Source: an uncultured virus (IMG/VR IMGVR_UViG_3300021093_006163) (Duplodnaviria > Heunggongvirae > Uroviricota > Caudoviricetes). From it: a DNA stretch of 64,000 bases. Shown here in pieces: positions 18,855 through 28,074 of this stretch. The position numbers and the translations under genes are program-made. Under the pieces are notes generated by a model. The model had not been told where the DNA came from. It ran no database searches and was given only the letters and a program-made list of their open reading frames with translations. Numbering within the stretch: the first letter of the stretch is position 1; the number at the start of each line of letters is the position of its first letter. The DNA is taken from the IMG/VR virus record IMGVR_UViG_3300021093_006163. One strand, written 5' to 3'.

Positions 18855-20048
18855 CTACTTACCGTTAATCTCTTTCCATTTCTCTTTGAGAAGAGTTTTC
18901 ATTGATGTTCCGTCTGCCTTGACCACGTCATTGAGTGACATTTCGTCCGTGTTAAGCAGAGTGAACTTTGACATGGAAGTATCTATCTGCATGGGAAACA
19001 ACATGCCGTCACGACCAGCTCGATTCTTGGCGACAAAGATTCGACCAGCACCTGTTGATTTTTCATTTGGCTTTCTCGAAATTGACAAAACAACGTCGGC
19101 TACCATCGCCTTTCCATAAGCTTCGGACATATTTTCAAGCCCAACGATGTCTGAGTTGGAAGCATCACGATTTGCCTGTGATGCGGTCCAGATCGGGATG
19201 CTCATCTCCATCGACATGTTTCGAAGCTCTTCGTAAACAAGCTTCAATTCATGGCGCAGTGAATCAAACTTTCTTGATGACTTCATAATATCAGCATAAT
19301 CGATAATGACTACGCTTGGAACAAAGCCCTTAAGCAGGAGCTTTTCAATATGGTTTCGTAAAGTCTGGACGGAAGGTGTGCCTGTTGGATATTCTTTGAT
19401 AATCAGGCGACCAAGCTGAGAGTTCTTATAGAAGTCGATGACCTCTTCCTTGCGGTCAATGACATCATTGCTTGGAATGTTGCAGAGATTGGAGTCATAC
19501 CGAAGTCCGACTGCGGACTCCGAGAGTTCAAATGTGTAATGAACAACATTCTTTCCGACACGCAATGCTTCCGCACCCATTTGCACAAGGAAGTGCGAAT
19601 TGTGCGACAAGATATCATTCGTGTAATAAGAGTGAGAAATTGCAACCTGCAGGTCGCACAGACGCTCCACCCTTTTCAGCTTCTCAACTGAGGTAACTTC
19701 TCCTACTCCCTCTCGATCGACAACTTTCGATCCAGGAACCAGGTCAATCACTTTCTTCCATTGCGCAGGCTCTTGACAAAGAATCAGATGGTTATCTGCG
19801 CACTCGATGACCCGGATACCGCTCACTGTGCTAACAGTTACACGATATACCTCATCTTCCTTTGTCCAGCGGACTCCTTCAACTGGGTAGTATCCGTCTA
19901 GAGAAAGAACCTCTACTGGCCAGCTACAGCCCATGTATGAGTCTCCATCAGACGATGTGGGCTTGGCATCACTACTAAATCCAATAGAGTCAAAAAATTG
20001 ACCAATTTGGACTTTTTCATCCAAATCTTCATACTGAATCGAAAGCAT
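18855..20048 (-). CDS. dnaB: C-part of split intein (150 aa) fused to C-terminal half of DnaB/gp41-like helicase
   Basis: ECADNH (block B), DLQV..HSYYTNDILSHN|SHFL; then YTFELSE, IIDYAD, TASQANR, AKNRAG. Confidence 0.9.
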   Translation of the reverse strand: MLSIQYEDLDEKVQIGQFFDSIGFSSDAKPTSSDGDSYMGCSWPVEVLSLDGYYPVEGVRWTKEDEVYRVTVSTVSGIRVIECADNHLILCQEPAQWKKVIDLVPGSKVVDREGVGEVTSVEKLKRVERLCDLQVAISHSYYTNDILSHNSHFLVQMGAEALRVGKNVVHYTFELSESAVGLRYDSNLCNIPSNDVIDRKEEVIDFYKNSQLGRLIIKEYPTGTPSVQTLRNHIEKLLLKGFVPSVVIIDYADIMKSSRKFDSLRHELKLVYEELRNMSMEMSIPIWTASQANRDASNSDIVGLENMSEAYGKAMVADVVLSISRKPNEKSTGAGRIFVAKNRAGRDGMLFPMQIDTSMSKFTLLNTDEMSLNDVVKADGTSMKTLLKEKWKEINGK

Positions 20049-21240
20049 CTTTTATCCTTTGTAGCTGATTTTCTCTATCGAGTCGCCAATCTCTTTCCCA
20101 AACAACAATAACCTTAAAACCTCTATTTTTTAAGTCACTTATCTTTCTTTCATCCCGAGACCAGACTTGAGGTGATGTTCTTTTTGTAAAGGGATTAATC
20201 CAATCTTTGGAGTATTTTCTTGGGTTATGATGCCAAAAGTCACCAAAAAATTCAACGATTATTTTCTTCTCGTGATTGACATAATCACAACACCAGCCAT
20301 CAACATAGTCATTTTTATTTCCCCCATAGAAGGAGATGATTCTGTCTGACATCTCGTGTTCTATCTTCGATTTTTGTCCGAAATTGAGGTGATTTCCTAT
20401 TTTCTTTATTGCTTCTGGCGTGTGTTTTTTGCCAAACATCGGGTGTAAAGAGCCCAACCTCCCGTAGCATGGGGTCAATTTTATTGCTTCTGAAACGGAG
20501 ACGCCATTCTTTTTCGACAAACTCTGCAAGGACATAGGATTGTTCTCGCCAGAATATAGCTTGCTTCTTAGTTCTCTCGTTTCGTCATTGTTGCCCTTTA
20601 GAGACTGCGTCCTCTGAAAGTCAGCAATCTTCTGAAGTGCCTCTTCTTCAGAAAATCCCTTGCGTGTCCAATACTTGACTTCGGATGGAAACGACCGCCA
20701 TTCCATGAATTGAAGACGCTCATTTTCATCTTCAAGCTTCTTTTTTAGAACATCTGACAAACTTTTTGATTGCGAAGGAGCACTTCTCTGAACAGACGCA
20801 TTTGGATATCTCTGCCTGTAATCAGACATTAGCATGCTGTGCTTTCGCGTGATGTGAGAAATCAAAGAGAGCGCCGATTCAAAGCCACAAATCTCGCAAC
20901 GAAGTTGCTCCTGATTGGCAACTTCGTTGCGTCGCTCCTGCATCGCGCGCTTATTCTGCTTGTTCTTGGTCTCTTTTGCGCGCTTTGTCTCTATCATCTT
21001 TTGTTTTTGAGCATCTGTTAATTGTGACAGCTTTGCACCTGGAAACGCGATGTAATAGTCTTCTGTCTTCATCTTGTGCTTTCGAGTGACATGACTAACA
21101 AGCTGGTTGGCTTTCAAGCCGCACAGCATGCAGGTTAAAGTCACTTCTTCAGATGAGATCGTCTGTTGCGATGACATCTCTTGCGTAGATTCGACCGCGC
21201 CTGGTGCTGACTCGGTCCCAGGGCTTGTAGAGTTTTCCAT
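20029..21240 (-). CDS. free-standing homing endonuclease (two C2H2-like fingers, NUMOD3-like motif, Vsr/DUF559-like nuclease)
   Basis: CxxC...SHxTRKH twice; HPMFGKKHTPE; D...IVEFFGDFWH...VWE. True start may be later (ATG at 21177). Confidence 0.8.
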   Translation of the reverse strand: MENSTSPGTESAPGAVESTQEMSSQQTISSEEVTLTCMLCGLKANQLVSHVTRKHKMKTEDYYIAFPGAKLSQLTDAQKQKMIETKRAKETKNKQNKRAMQERRNEVANQEQLRCEICGFESALSLISHITRKHSMLMSDYRQRYPNASVQRSAPSQSKSLSDVLKKKLEDENERLQFMEWRSFPSEVKYWTRKGFSEEEALQKIADFQRTQSLKGNNDETRELRSKLYSGENNPMSLQSLSKKNGVSVSEAIKLTPCYGRLGSLHPMFGKKHTPEAIKKIGNHLNFGQKSKIEHEMSDRIISFYGGNKNDYVDGWCCDYVNHEKKIIVEFFGDFWHHNPRKYSKDWINPFTKRTSPQVWSRDERKISDLKNRGFKVIVVWERDWRLDRENQLQRIKDAFDSV

Positions 21241-21916
21241 TTATTTTTATCCCAGTGTATCGGATATAAATATCTGTTTCTTTAGATAAACATTTGCCCA
21301 CACCCGTCGGCGCGATAACAACTCCAAGCTCACCACGACCAAGGCCGCCGTTAAGAATATCAGGTGCATCAATTTGTGGCAAACCCGTAGGACACACCTG
21401 GCGGCGAGTCCTCACAAATCGCGCCTCAATATCCTCAAAGAAGTCGTGACCAACAGACGCGGGAGTTCCGGCAGCCAGCGCGTCCTTCATCAGTCCAACA
21501 ACTGAATCAAGATTGTCAGTTGCAATCATCTCGACAGCTTTCTCGAGTGCTTCCTTCATCGCCTGCTTCTTGCAGAAGTCGAGCGACTTGTCCTTGACGT
21601 ATTCAAGGTCTCCTACATTTGGATTAGTCCTGATACGCTGCAGAAAGTCAATGATCTGATCTCGGAGAATTGTATCCTTCCCCTCACGTAGATCATCCTT
21701 GATGATTGTGACAAGCAGAGGTAGCGTTGGAAAGTCCTTGTACTTCTGGTGGTACGAGAAGTATGACTTGCAAAGATACTGCAAGTACTTCAGGTCAAAG
21801 TACTCAGGTGTCATGATCTCGATCATCTGCATCGCCCAACCGCGATCGGTCAGAAATGCCTGAAAGATCTTTTCCTGGAACTGTTTTCCATACTGGCTAA
21901 AAAACGCTTCGCTCAT
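21149..21916 (-). CDS. dnaB: N-terminal half of DnaB/gp41-like helicase fused to N-part of split intein (47 aa, 21152..21292)
   Basis: PTGLPQID, GGLGRGELGVVIAPTGVGK|CLSKETDI (Walker A interrupted by intein block A). Confidence 0.9.
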   Translation of the reverse strand: MSEAFFSQYGKQFQEKIFQAFLTDRGWAMQMIEIMTPEYFDLKYLQYLCKSYFSYHQKYKDFPTLPLLVTIIKDDLREGKDTILRDQIIDFLQRIRTNPNVGDLEYVKDKSLDFCKKQAMKEALEKAVEMIATDNLDSVVGLMKDALAAGTPASVGHDFFEDIEARFVRTRRQVCPTGLPQIDAPDILNGGLGRGELGVVIAPTGVGKCLSKETDIYIRYTGIKINGKLYKPWDRVSTRRGRIYARDVIATDDLI

Positions 21917-22869
21917 TCGGCACCAATGTGATTCATTGAGTAGAACATGCTGTCAATGTCAAAATTTCTAATTCCAATTGATTGTGCTTCCCGCATGAAG
22001 CCAATCTTATCCCGACGAGGGGCCCATTTTTCATTCGTAAACTTAATCTTTTCAATCTGTTGCGGAGGTATCGAGGATGAGTCAAGGTAGACAAGCTTCC
22101 AGTTACGCCTGATTAGATCCTCTGATTCACAGATGGAGTCAAAGATCTTCACCTTTCCGGTCCTCCGCTGATCTGAAAGTGAGATGAAATCATCCAAAAG
22201 GACATCACCAACTGCACTCAGCTCTGGAAATCTCTTCGCTAGGGTCTTGAATCCCACGCCCTGAACACCGGGAATATTATCTGAATCATCTCCGCAGACA
22301 GACTTTGCAAGTGCAAAGTTATTTGGGTGTATGCTAAACTTGAATATCACCTCATCCGTGTCCACAATCTTCTTCCATGTCGGCGAGTAGATGATTGAGT
22401 TATCCCGGATGAGCTGATAGTAATCTTTGTCAGCAGAAAGGATGATGTGCAGACACTCTGGGTGCATATATCGACAGATGTACGCAATAACGTCGTCTGC
22501 TTCACAATCCTGACCATACATCTGTACGATAGGCAGGTGATTTAGCAGCTTCACTATTGCGACAATCTGGCTATTGCGATCAGACACAGTCTGCGGAATA
22601 TCTTCCTCGTAATACCTGTTTAGCTTCTCTGGTCTCCTGTGAGACTTATAGCCTGGATAGAGAGAGCGCCTTCTTGCAGACCCACCGCTTTCCCAGACAA
22701 CGTATATTCTCTTGGGTCTAAAACGTGTGCTAAGAGATCGAAGCTCTCCTAAAAACCCGACAACACCACCCAGGTGATTACCGTTCACGCCCATTGCTGG
22801 GTGTGCAACGAAGTGACGAGTAAAAAGGTTGAGAGCATCGACCATTAAGATCGATGCCTCACCTTTCAT
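21913..22869 (-). CDS. 5'-3' exonuclease / flap endonuclease (T4 RNase H or Pol I N-domain-like)
   Basis: VDALN, YKSHR, EADDVIA, SADKDYYQL, GDDSDNIPGVQGVGFKT. Confidence 0.9.
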   Translation of the reverse strand: MKGEASILMVDALNLFTRHFVAHPAMGVNGNHLGGVVGFLGELRSLSTRFRPKRIYVVWESGGSARRRSLYPGYKSHRRPEKLNRYYEEDIPQTVSDRNSQIVAIVKLLNHLPIVQMYGQDCEADDVIAYICRYMHPECLHIILSADKDYYQLIRDNSIIYSPTWKKIVDTDEVIFKFSIHPNNFALAKSVCGDDSDNIPGVQGVGFKTLAKRFPELSAVGDVLLDDFISLSDQRRTGKVKIFDSICESEDLIRRNWKLVYLDSSSIPPQQIEKIKFTNEKWAPRRDKIGFMREAQSIGIRNFDIDSMFYSMNHIGAE

Positions 22870-24026
22870 TCTTCTTCCGTCCCTTCTGCGTCTTGCATCT
22901 CATCGGGCTGTTCATTGCCCGTTCGAATCAGAACGTTCTCAATCAGGGCATCAAGATACGGCTTGTATTCCGGATTTGCCAGAAGCTCTCCGAACTCTGC
23001 CTTGTAGAACTTCTTCTCAATGATTGCAGATCCCTTGTCGATGTCTGTCACTGAGAAGACTTTCCAAGCTGTTGTTCCCGAGACGCAGATAATCTTGTTT
23101 CCGATTGTCCGCTCACCAGCCTCGCGCAGGACATCAAAGACCTCCTCGTGCTCCATGATGCCCTTTCCGAAGTGAATCTGAAAATTCGCCATGCGGAATG
23201 GAGGTGCAACCTTGTTCTTGACTGTCTTCGCTGAGACATTGATTCCGATGATGTCACCATTCTTATTCTGGATCTGCTGTCCTGCACCGAGCTTGATACG
23301 CACTGACGCGTGGAATGGAATCGCCATACCGCCCGGTACTGTCGTCGGGTCGCCGTGAAGAACACCGATCTTTGTGCGTGTCTGATTGAGACAAACCATT
23401 AGGACGGACTGGTCACCGATGACACCCGTAATCTTGCGCATGCCCTTTGAGATCGCGCGTGCCTGCAGTCCGATGCTGTCCTTGTCATAGTCGCCAAGAA
23501 GCTCAGCCTTCGGGGATGATGCAGCAACGCTGTCCCAGATGATGGTAATTGGCACATCCTTCTGCATCGCCTTCGCCTTGACAATCGTCTTCTCTGCGAC
23601 GTCAAACACCTCCTCAGTGCAGTGAGTATCGACATAGACGAACCGCTTGGCGACATCAACGCCCAGAGCTGCCAGGTTCTCAACTGATGTTGCATTCTCT
23701 GTGTCGATGTAGACGCAGATACCACCCATCTGCTGGGTTGAACGCGCAATCTGTGTAGCAATATGCGACTTACCAATGGAGGGCGGACCGAAGATCTCGA
23801 CGATGCGCCCTTCTGGCAATCCTCCGTTCGCGCGGTTTGAAACGATGTAGTCAAGAAGCGTAGAACCAGTAGAGATCCATCGCTTAACGTGTGTAGGCGA
23901 CTCATCCTCTGACAAATTATAAGCAATTCTGGATCCGTGCTCTTTGTTTAGAGATGAGATCAACTCCGAGGTAAAATCACCGGATGAATCCTCTCCTCGA
24001 TTCTTTTCCTTTGAAATTCTTGCCAT
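22866..24026 (-). CDS. recA: RecA/UvsX recombinase
   Basis: ISTGS, GGLPEGRIVEIFGPPSIGKS, DTE, WDSVAA, NQTR, PGGMAIPFHAS, KNKVAPPFR. Confidence 0.95.
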   Translation of the reverse strand: MARISKEKNRGEDSSGDFTSELISSLNKEHGSRIAYNLSEDESPTHVKRWISTGSTLLDYIVSNRANGGLPEGRIVEIFGPPSIGKSHIATQIARSTQQMGGICVYIDTENATSVENLAALGVDVAKRFVYVDTHCTEEVFDVAEKTIVKAKAMQKDVPITIIWDSVAASSPKAELLGDYDKDSIGLQARAISKGMRKITGVIGDQSVLMVCLNQTRTKIGVLHGDPTTVPGGMAIPFHASVRIKLGAGQQIQNKNGDIIGINVSAKTVKNKVAPPFRMANFQIHFGKGIMEHEEVFDVLREAGERTIGNKIICVSGTTAWKVFSVTDIDKGSAIIEKKFYKAEFGELLANPEYKPYLDALIENVLIRTGNEQPDEMQDAEGTEEE

Positions 24027-24048
24027 TTTTTCTCCTTATAAACAGTAA

Positions 24049-24079
24049 GGGCCCGAAGCATGGTTTATACTCCGGGCCC
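24049..24079. terminator. intergenic hairpin between ssb and recA
   Basis: GGGCCCGAAG...CTCCGGGCCC inverted repeat; weak U-tract on the minus strand. Confidence 0.45.
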
Positions 24080-24088
24080 AAAGAATCA

Positions 24089-24910
24089 TCAAGAGTCGAT
24101 TAGATCATTGAAAGCATCATCAAGCGACTTGAATGTCTTCTTTGAAGCATTCGCAGCAGGCTTGGATGGGGGAGAATCATCCTCTTCATCAGCTGCTACC
24201 GCGGCAACCTTGTTATCATTTCCGCCGCGCTGCGTACCATCGGACTCGGTCGGCATCCCACCCTCAACCCAGTCATTCACGATCTTCGTAAGATCCTCGT
24301 AGGACTTGAGCTCGAACATCTTGTTGACATCCGGAATGCTCTCGAGCCACTGCTTTGCGGTTGCAGAATTCGGAGACAGCGCGCTCGCCTTACCACGAGG
24401 CATAACCTCAGTCTCCGCAAACTTCTTGCCCTGCGGCTTGAAGCACTTGACCTTCACATCGCGGCCACTCTCAGGATCGGTGATGTCACCGTAATCCTCG
24501 TCGAGCATGATGCCGAGGAGCGCCTGGTAGACCTGCTTGCCAAAGCCCCAGATCTGGACACCCTTGTCCTCCTCGCCGCGAACAACGACCGCGGCATAGC
24601 AGCGCATCTTCGGGTAGAGCTTCTTGGCGAGCTCGTAGGACTCCTTGGTCCCCTCAGCACGAAGCTTGGTGATCAGCTCCTGGATCGGATCGGGCTTGCC
24701 GAACTGGTTTGGCGTGAGAAGACCCGGGTTGTTGCCGATGTTGTAGTAGAACCAGAGCTCCTTGAACGGCTGTCCATCGTTGTTAGGGAACGAGAGAAGT
24801 CGAACAGTGTATTCCTCGCCCTCCTTGGGCTTCCAGGAGGTGGAGGACTTCTTCGTATTTCCAGACAGGTTGTCGAGACGCTTGCGAATAGCGTCGAAGT
24901 TAATTGCCAT
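24089..24910 (-). CDS. single-stranded DNA-binding protein (gp32-like)
   Basis: WKPKEG..VRLL, YGDITDPESGRD, acidic C-terminal tail LDDAFNDLIDS. Confidence 0.85.
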   Translation of the reverse strand: MAINFDAIRKRLDNLSGNTKKSSTSWKPKEGEEYTVRLLSFPNNDGQPFKELWFYYNIGNNPGLLTPNQFGKPDPIQELITKLRAEGTKESYELAKKLYPKMRCYAAVVVRGEEDKGVQIWGFGKQVYQALLGIMLDEDYGDITDPESGRDVKVKCFKPQGKKFAETEVMPRGKASALSPNSATAKQWLESIPDVNKMFELKSYEDLTKIVNDWVEGGMPTESDGTQRGGNDNKVAAVAADEEDDSPPSKPAANASKKTFKSLDDAFNDLIDS

Positions 24911-24996
24911 TTTTTCTTTCCTTTTAATGTTTAATGTGCAACTTACAAGGATTAAGTCTCAAGAGAATTCTTGCGGCTTGTGTTGTAAGCTCACAC
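24911..24996 (-). promoter_or_regulatory. structured 5' leader of ssb
   Basis: Stem GUGUGAGCUUACAA/UUGUAAGUUGCAC enclosing CAAGA-AUUC-UCUUG, followed by an ACAUUAA repeat before the RBS. Confidence 0.5.
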
Positions 24997-25025
24997 CCCA
25001 ATCATAGACTGGAGAGCGAGAGTTT

Positions 25026-26345
25026 TCATGGTCTAGGCTTGGATTTTTTTACTGGATCAACCAGATATTCACTTCCTGCAGCCTTTGCCATGGTGGAGTA
25101 AAATTGTTGCGGATCTCTTGGGCCCTGCATGGGGCCTGCATACCCAGCGACACCTGCTGTCGTGCTCATCTCATTAGCGCGCTTCTTTCTCCTCAGACGG
25201 CGCTCAGGTAAAATTTCTGAAGATTCATCAGCACCTGCAGGCTGATTCATGGAAAGCGCCTTTCTTATAAGGGCTAGATTTCCAATTAAGTTGACGACAG
25301 AATGCATATTTTCAAATGAATCGCCCGGTATCACGCTTCTGATGGCTTGCTCGGCTTGCCCGATGGTGCTAATGTAGCGTTCAGAAAAATCTAGTAATGC
25401 ACCTGCTGTCCGCAATCCATCTGGATCTGTCAAAGGAAGTGCGCCAGCAGCGACATTTATTCCGAGCTCTGAAGCAAAATCGACAGGCTTCAGCGTCTTG
25501 AACAGCTCAAGAGGAAGAGCAGCAAGAGTATTATTTAAAAACTGTATACAATTAAGAGATATCTTGATAACCGATTGCTTCAGAGCCTCTCTATTTGCAG
25601 GAGAGGAGACAGGTATCTCTCGTATTTCAACTACGTTTCTTTCGACAGGCGCAAAAAGATCAACTTCAACGCCCAGATCTTTTAGATTCTGCTGTAAAGA
25701 GCTAATGCTCTCTTGTATCTGTCCAAAGCTCTCATAGGCGCGGTAACCGTACCAAAGATCTCCCACAATCGGAACAAAGGGTGCAGCAAAATCTGCAAGC
25801 CTCTTTAATCCTGACAATGAGAAGAAAGAGTCTTTCTCCTCCGGCGTCTGCTTGGCTGCTATTGCCATCTTATCAGAATCGACTCCGAATGGGTCCGCTT
25901 GTCTAATCCTTTCGAAGTATTCGTTTAGATCTTTCTCGTATCTTGAAAAGGCCAAATACGATTCCGCTTCGTTTTTGTTTAGCGCCTCTTCTAGCGGAGT
26001 TGTATGCAGATATTTCTTCATATTTCCAAGCTTTTTAGGTAAATATCTTCTATCAGATGTTTTTCTGTCAACTATCGATGCAATATTGACCTGGTCCTCT
26101 GGAATTTCCTCTTCAATGTTGTGCCTGCCCATTCCAATTGACATCATCGTGTCAGCAGAGGCGCTCATCCCGCCAGTAGATCGAAACGGCTTAGGGACAA
26201 ACGGCCTTGCGAGCCTCGACATTGCAGTATCTGCCCCGCCAAACGCACCTGCAGCAGGCGGGGCTGTGAATCTTCCTGATCTTTGTGTTCCGTCTGGTTT
26301 TCTGCTCACTCTATTAAGTATTATCCTGCCCGCACAAATCAACAA
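25026..26345 (-). CDS. hypothetical protein, possibly virion-associated (likely start GTG at 26309)
   Basis: Long ORF; ATACTTA motif just before GTG; LEE/LNE sites; EMSTTAGVAGYAGP motif. Confidence 0.7.
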   Translation of the reverse strand: MLICAGRIILNRVSRKPDGTQRSGRFTAPPAAGAFGGADTAMSRLARPFVPKPFRSTGGMSASADTMMSIGMGRHNIEEEIPEDQVNIASIVDRKTSDRRYLPKKLGNMKKYLHTTPLEEALNKNEAESYLAFSRYEKDLNEYFERIRQADPFGVDSDKMAIAAKQTPEEKDSFFSLSGLKRLADFAAPFVPIVGDLWYGYRAYESFGQIQESISSLQQNLKDLGVEVDLFAPVERNVVEIREIPVSSPANREALKQSVIKISLNCIQFLNNTLAALPLELFKTLKPVDFASELGINVAAGALPLTDPDGLRTAGALLDFSERYISTIGQAEQAIRSVIPGDSFENMHSVVNLIGNLALIRKALSMNQPAGADESSEILPERRLRRKKRANEMSTTAGVAGYAGPMQGPRDPQQFYSTMAKAAGSEYLVDPVKKSKPRP

Positions 26346-26910
26346 TGCTGGTGATCTTGATCGCGGTGTGCAAAAGTGTCATCAGGGACGATTCATTTCC
26401 TGCATAGAACTTGCTCTCTTCGTAGGCGTTTGATTGAGACACAATTGCCATCCATTCATCCTGCGTCAAATTTATTCCTTCTCTTTGAATCAGGTACAAA
26501 CCCCTGTGCGGATGTGTCATCCGTTTGATATCCTGGTTGTACGTGTATAGATTTCCTCGTTCAACATGCCAAGAGGAAGTCTGAGGCACATAGAAGTCGC
26601 CTACATCGTCTCCGATTCGTCCAATGTCGTGCAGAAGAGAGACGATAATGACAGAACCTGGATCAATGTTCTTATCTGCAAACGCTGACATACCGCAGAG
26701 CTCTCTCGCGTTGACAAGTGTCTGAAGAGATCTCTTTACTAGGCCTCCTGGAGATGCTGACTTTCTGTTGCTCTTGTCGTGTGCGGGTGCTGTTGCAATT
26801 CTTTCTCCGTATTTTTCAAGGAATTTAGAGAGAGAATCTCTCCTATCAGAGACTTTCAACAGAACCTTGCTGAATTTTTCAAAATTTGAAATAATCTCAC
26901 TCTCACTCAT
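26314..26910 (-). CDS. HD-domain protein, apparently degenerate
   Basis: PGGLVKRSL...LLHDIGRIG; the other expected metal ligands are not evident. Confidence 0.72.
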   Translation of the reverse strand: MSESEIISNFEKFSKVLLKVSDRRDSLSKFLEKYGERIATAPAHDKSNRKSASPGGLVKRSLQTLVNARELCGMSAFADKNIDPGSVIIVSLLHDIGRIGDDVGDFYVPQTSSWHVERGNLYTYNQDIKRMTHPHRGLYLIQREGINLTQDEWMAIVSQSNAYEESKFYAGNESSLMTLLHTAIKITSIVDLCGQDNT

Positions 26911-28051
26911 CTTTCATTCTCCGCATCTTTACTGGTAGATGTTGATCAATTAAACTAACAAACAGCCCTGTATTACAAATCTTCTGCAGCTCATCAAGGT
27001 ACCCTGATTTGATGTCTAAGATTATGGCATCGTGAATGAGAAAGACCGGAAGTGCAGAGGCTGGATCAATCTGATCGACAAGCCACTTGAATCCGTGACA
27101 AGCAATATCGACAGACGAGGACTGAACATAGTGGCTGATTGATGAATTTTCTTGACGCAGCGAGCGGCCAAATTGGTTTTGAAAGACTGGGAGCGCGGAG
27201 ATCTTTCGATCAAGATCTGAGATTTTCATGATTCTCTTGACCTGATCGTACGCTATCAGCGCATCAGGCGCGTCCTGAAATCTTAAAGCAAAATTTCTTT
27301 TTGACATCCCGTAGACAGCTGAAAGAGTCGCTTCCTTGATTATGCTCCTTGGCATGCTGCCAAGTTCTGAATTTTTTCCAATCCACTCGTAGAGGTCACC
27401 GCTAACGGGATCATTTCCTGCCATCCAGGATAAAACACGCGCCTCAAGTGCGTTGAAATCAATCTCTACGAGCTCTCCGTCTCGCCAACGAGATGCAAGG
27501 CGTTTTCTCATTTCTTTCGGCAGAGTCAAAATTCTAGGGCCTTGCGTGACACTCATCCGCCCCGTCGATGAGCTGAAATTATCGTATGTAGGAACCGAGA
27601 TGAATCCACGATCATCTGGTAAAAATCCGTGCTCAGAAAGAGAGTCGTCTAGGACCTTGCACTGACAAAGGCTGTCGAGCAGTTCCTGCTGAATCTGATA
27701 GTGGGTCGTAAAGTATCTGTGATTTGATCCGTCTAGAAATTTTATGACAGCATCTATTTGATTGCGAAGGTGAGATGCAAAAGCATCCTTTGACAGTATT
27801 CTGGACCACGCTGGGTGCTGCGTGTGCTTTCTCCAGAACGAAGCCTGTGGTGCATCAGGGCTTAAGACCAGACTCAATCCTGCAGCTTCTGAAGCAGCTC
27901 TCACACATCCTCGCCTGGCTGCTGGAACACCAAAGCGCCAATCAGCCTCGTAGGACCTACCAATTGAGATTTCGCCATCATTCCAGATAAAATCTACTGA
28001 TGCTCCTGTCACTCTTGCGTCAAAAAATATAATCACACTACAATATTTCAC
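26903..28051 (-). CDS. minimal family-A DNA polymerase domain
   Basis: TGRMS, motif A IDFNALEARV, motif B R...K...YG, VQSS..D, motif C IHDAI. Confidence 0.8.
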   Translation of the reverse strand: MKYCSVIIFFDARVTGASVDFIWNDGEISIGRSYEADWRFGVPAARRGCVRAASEAAGLSLVLSPDAPQASFWRKHTQHPAWSRILSKDAFASHLRNQIDAVIKFLDGSNHRYFTTHYQIQQELLDSLCQCKVLDDSLSEHGFLPDDRGFISVPTYDNFSSSTGRMSVTQGPRILTLPKEMRKRLASRWRDGELVEIDFNALEARVLSWMAGNDPVSGDLYEWIGKNSELGSMPRSIIKEATLSAVYGMSKRNFALRFQDAPDALIAYDQVKRIMKISDLDRKISALPVFQNQFGRSLRQENSSISHYVQSSSVDIACHGFKWLVDQIDPASALPVFLIHDAIILDIKSGYLDELQKICNTGLFVSLIDQHLPVKMRRMKDE

Positions 28052-28074
28052 GCATGGATGCAGGTTTTTAAGTT

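Noticed and set aside
18855..21916. dnaB as a pseudogene or a group I intron-containing gene
   Set aside because: Both halves keep intact helicase and intein splice motifs, and the intervening DNA is fully coding with no room for a ribozyme core.
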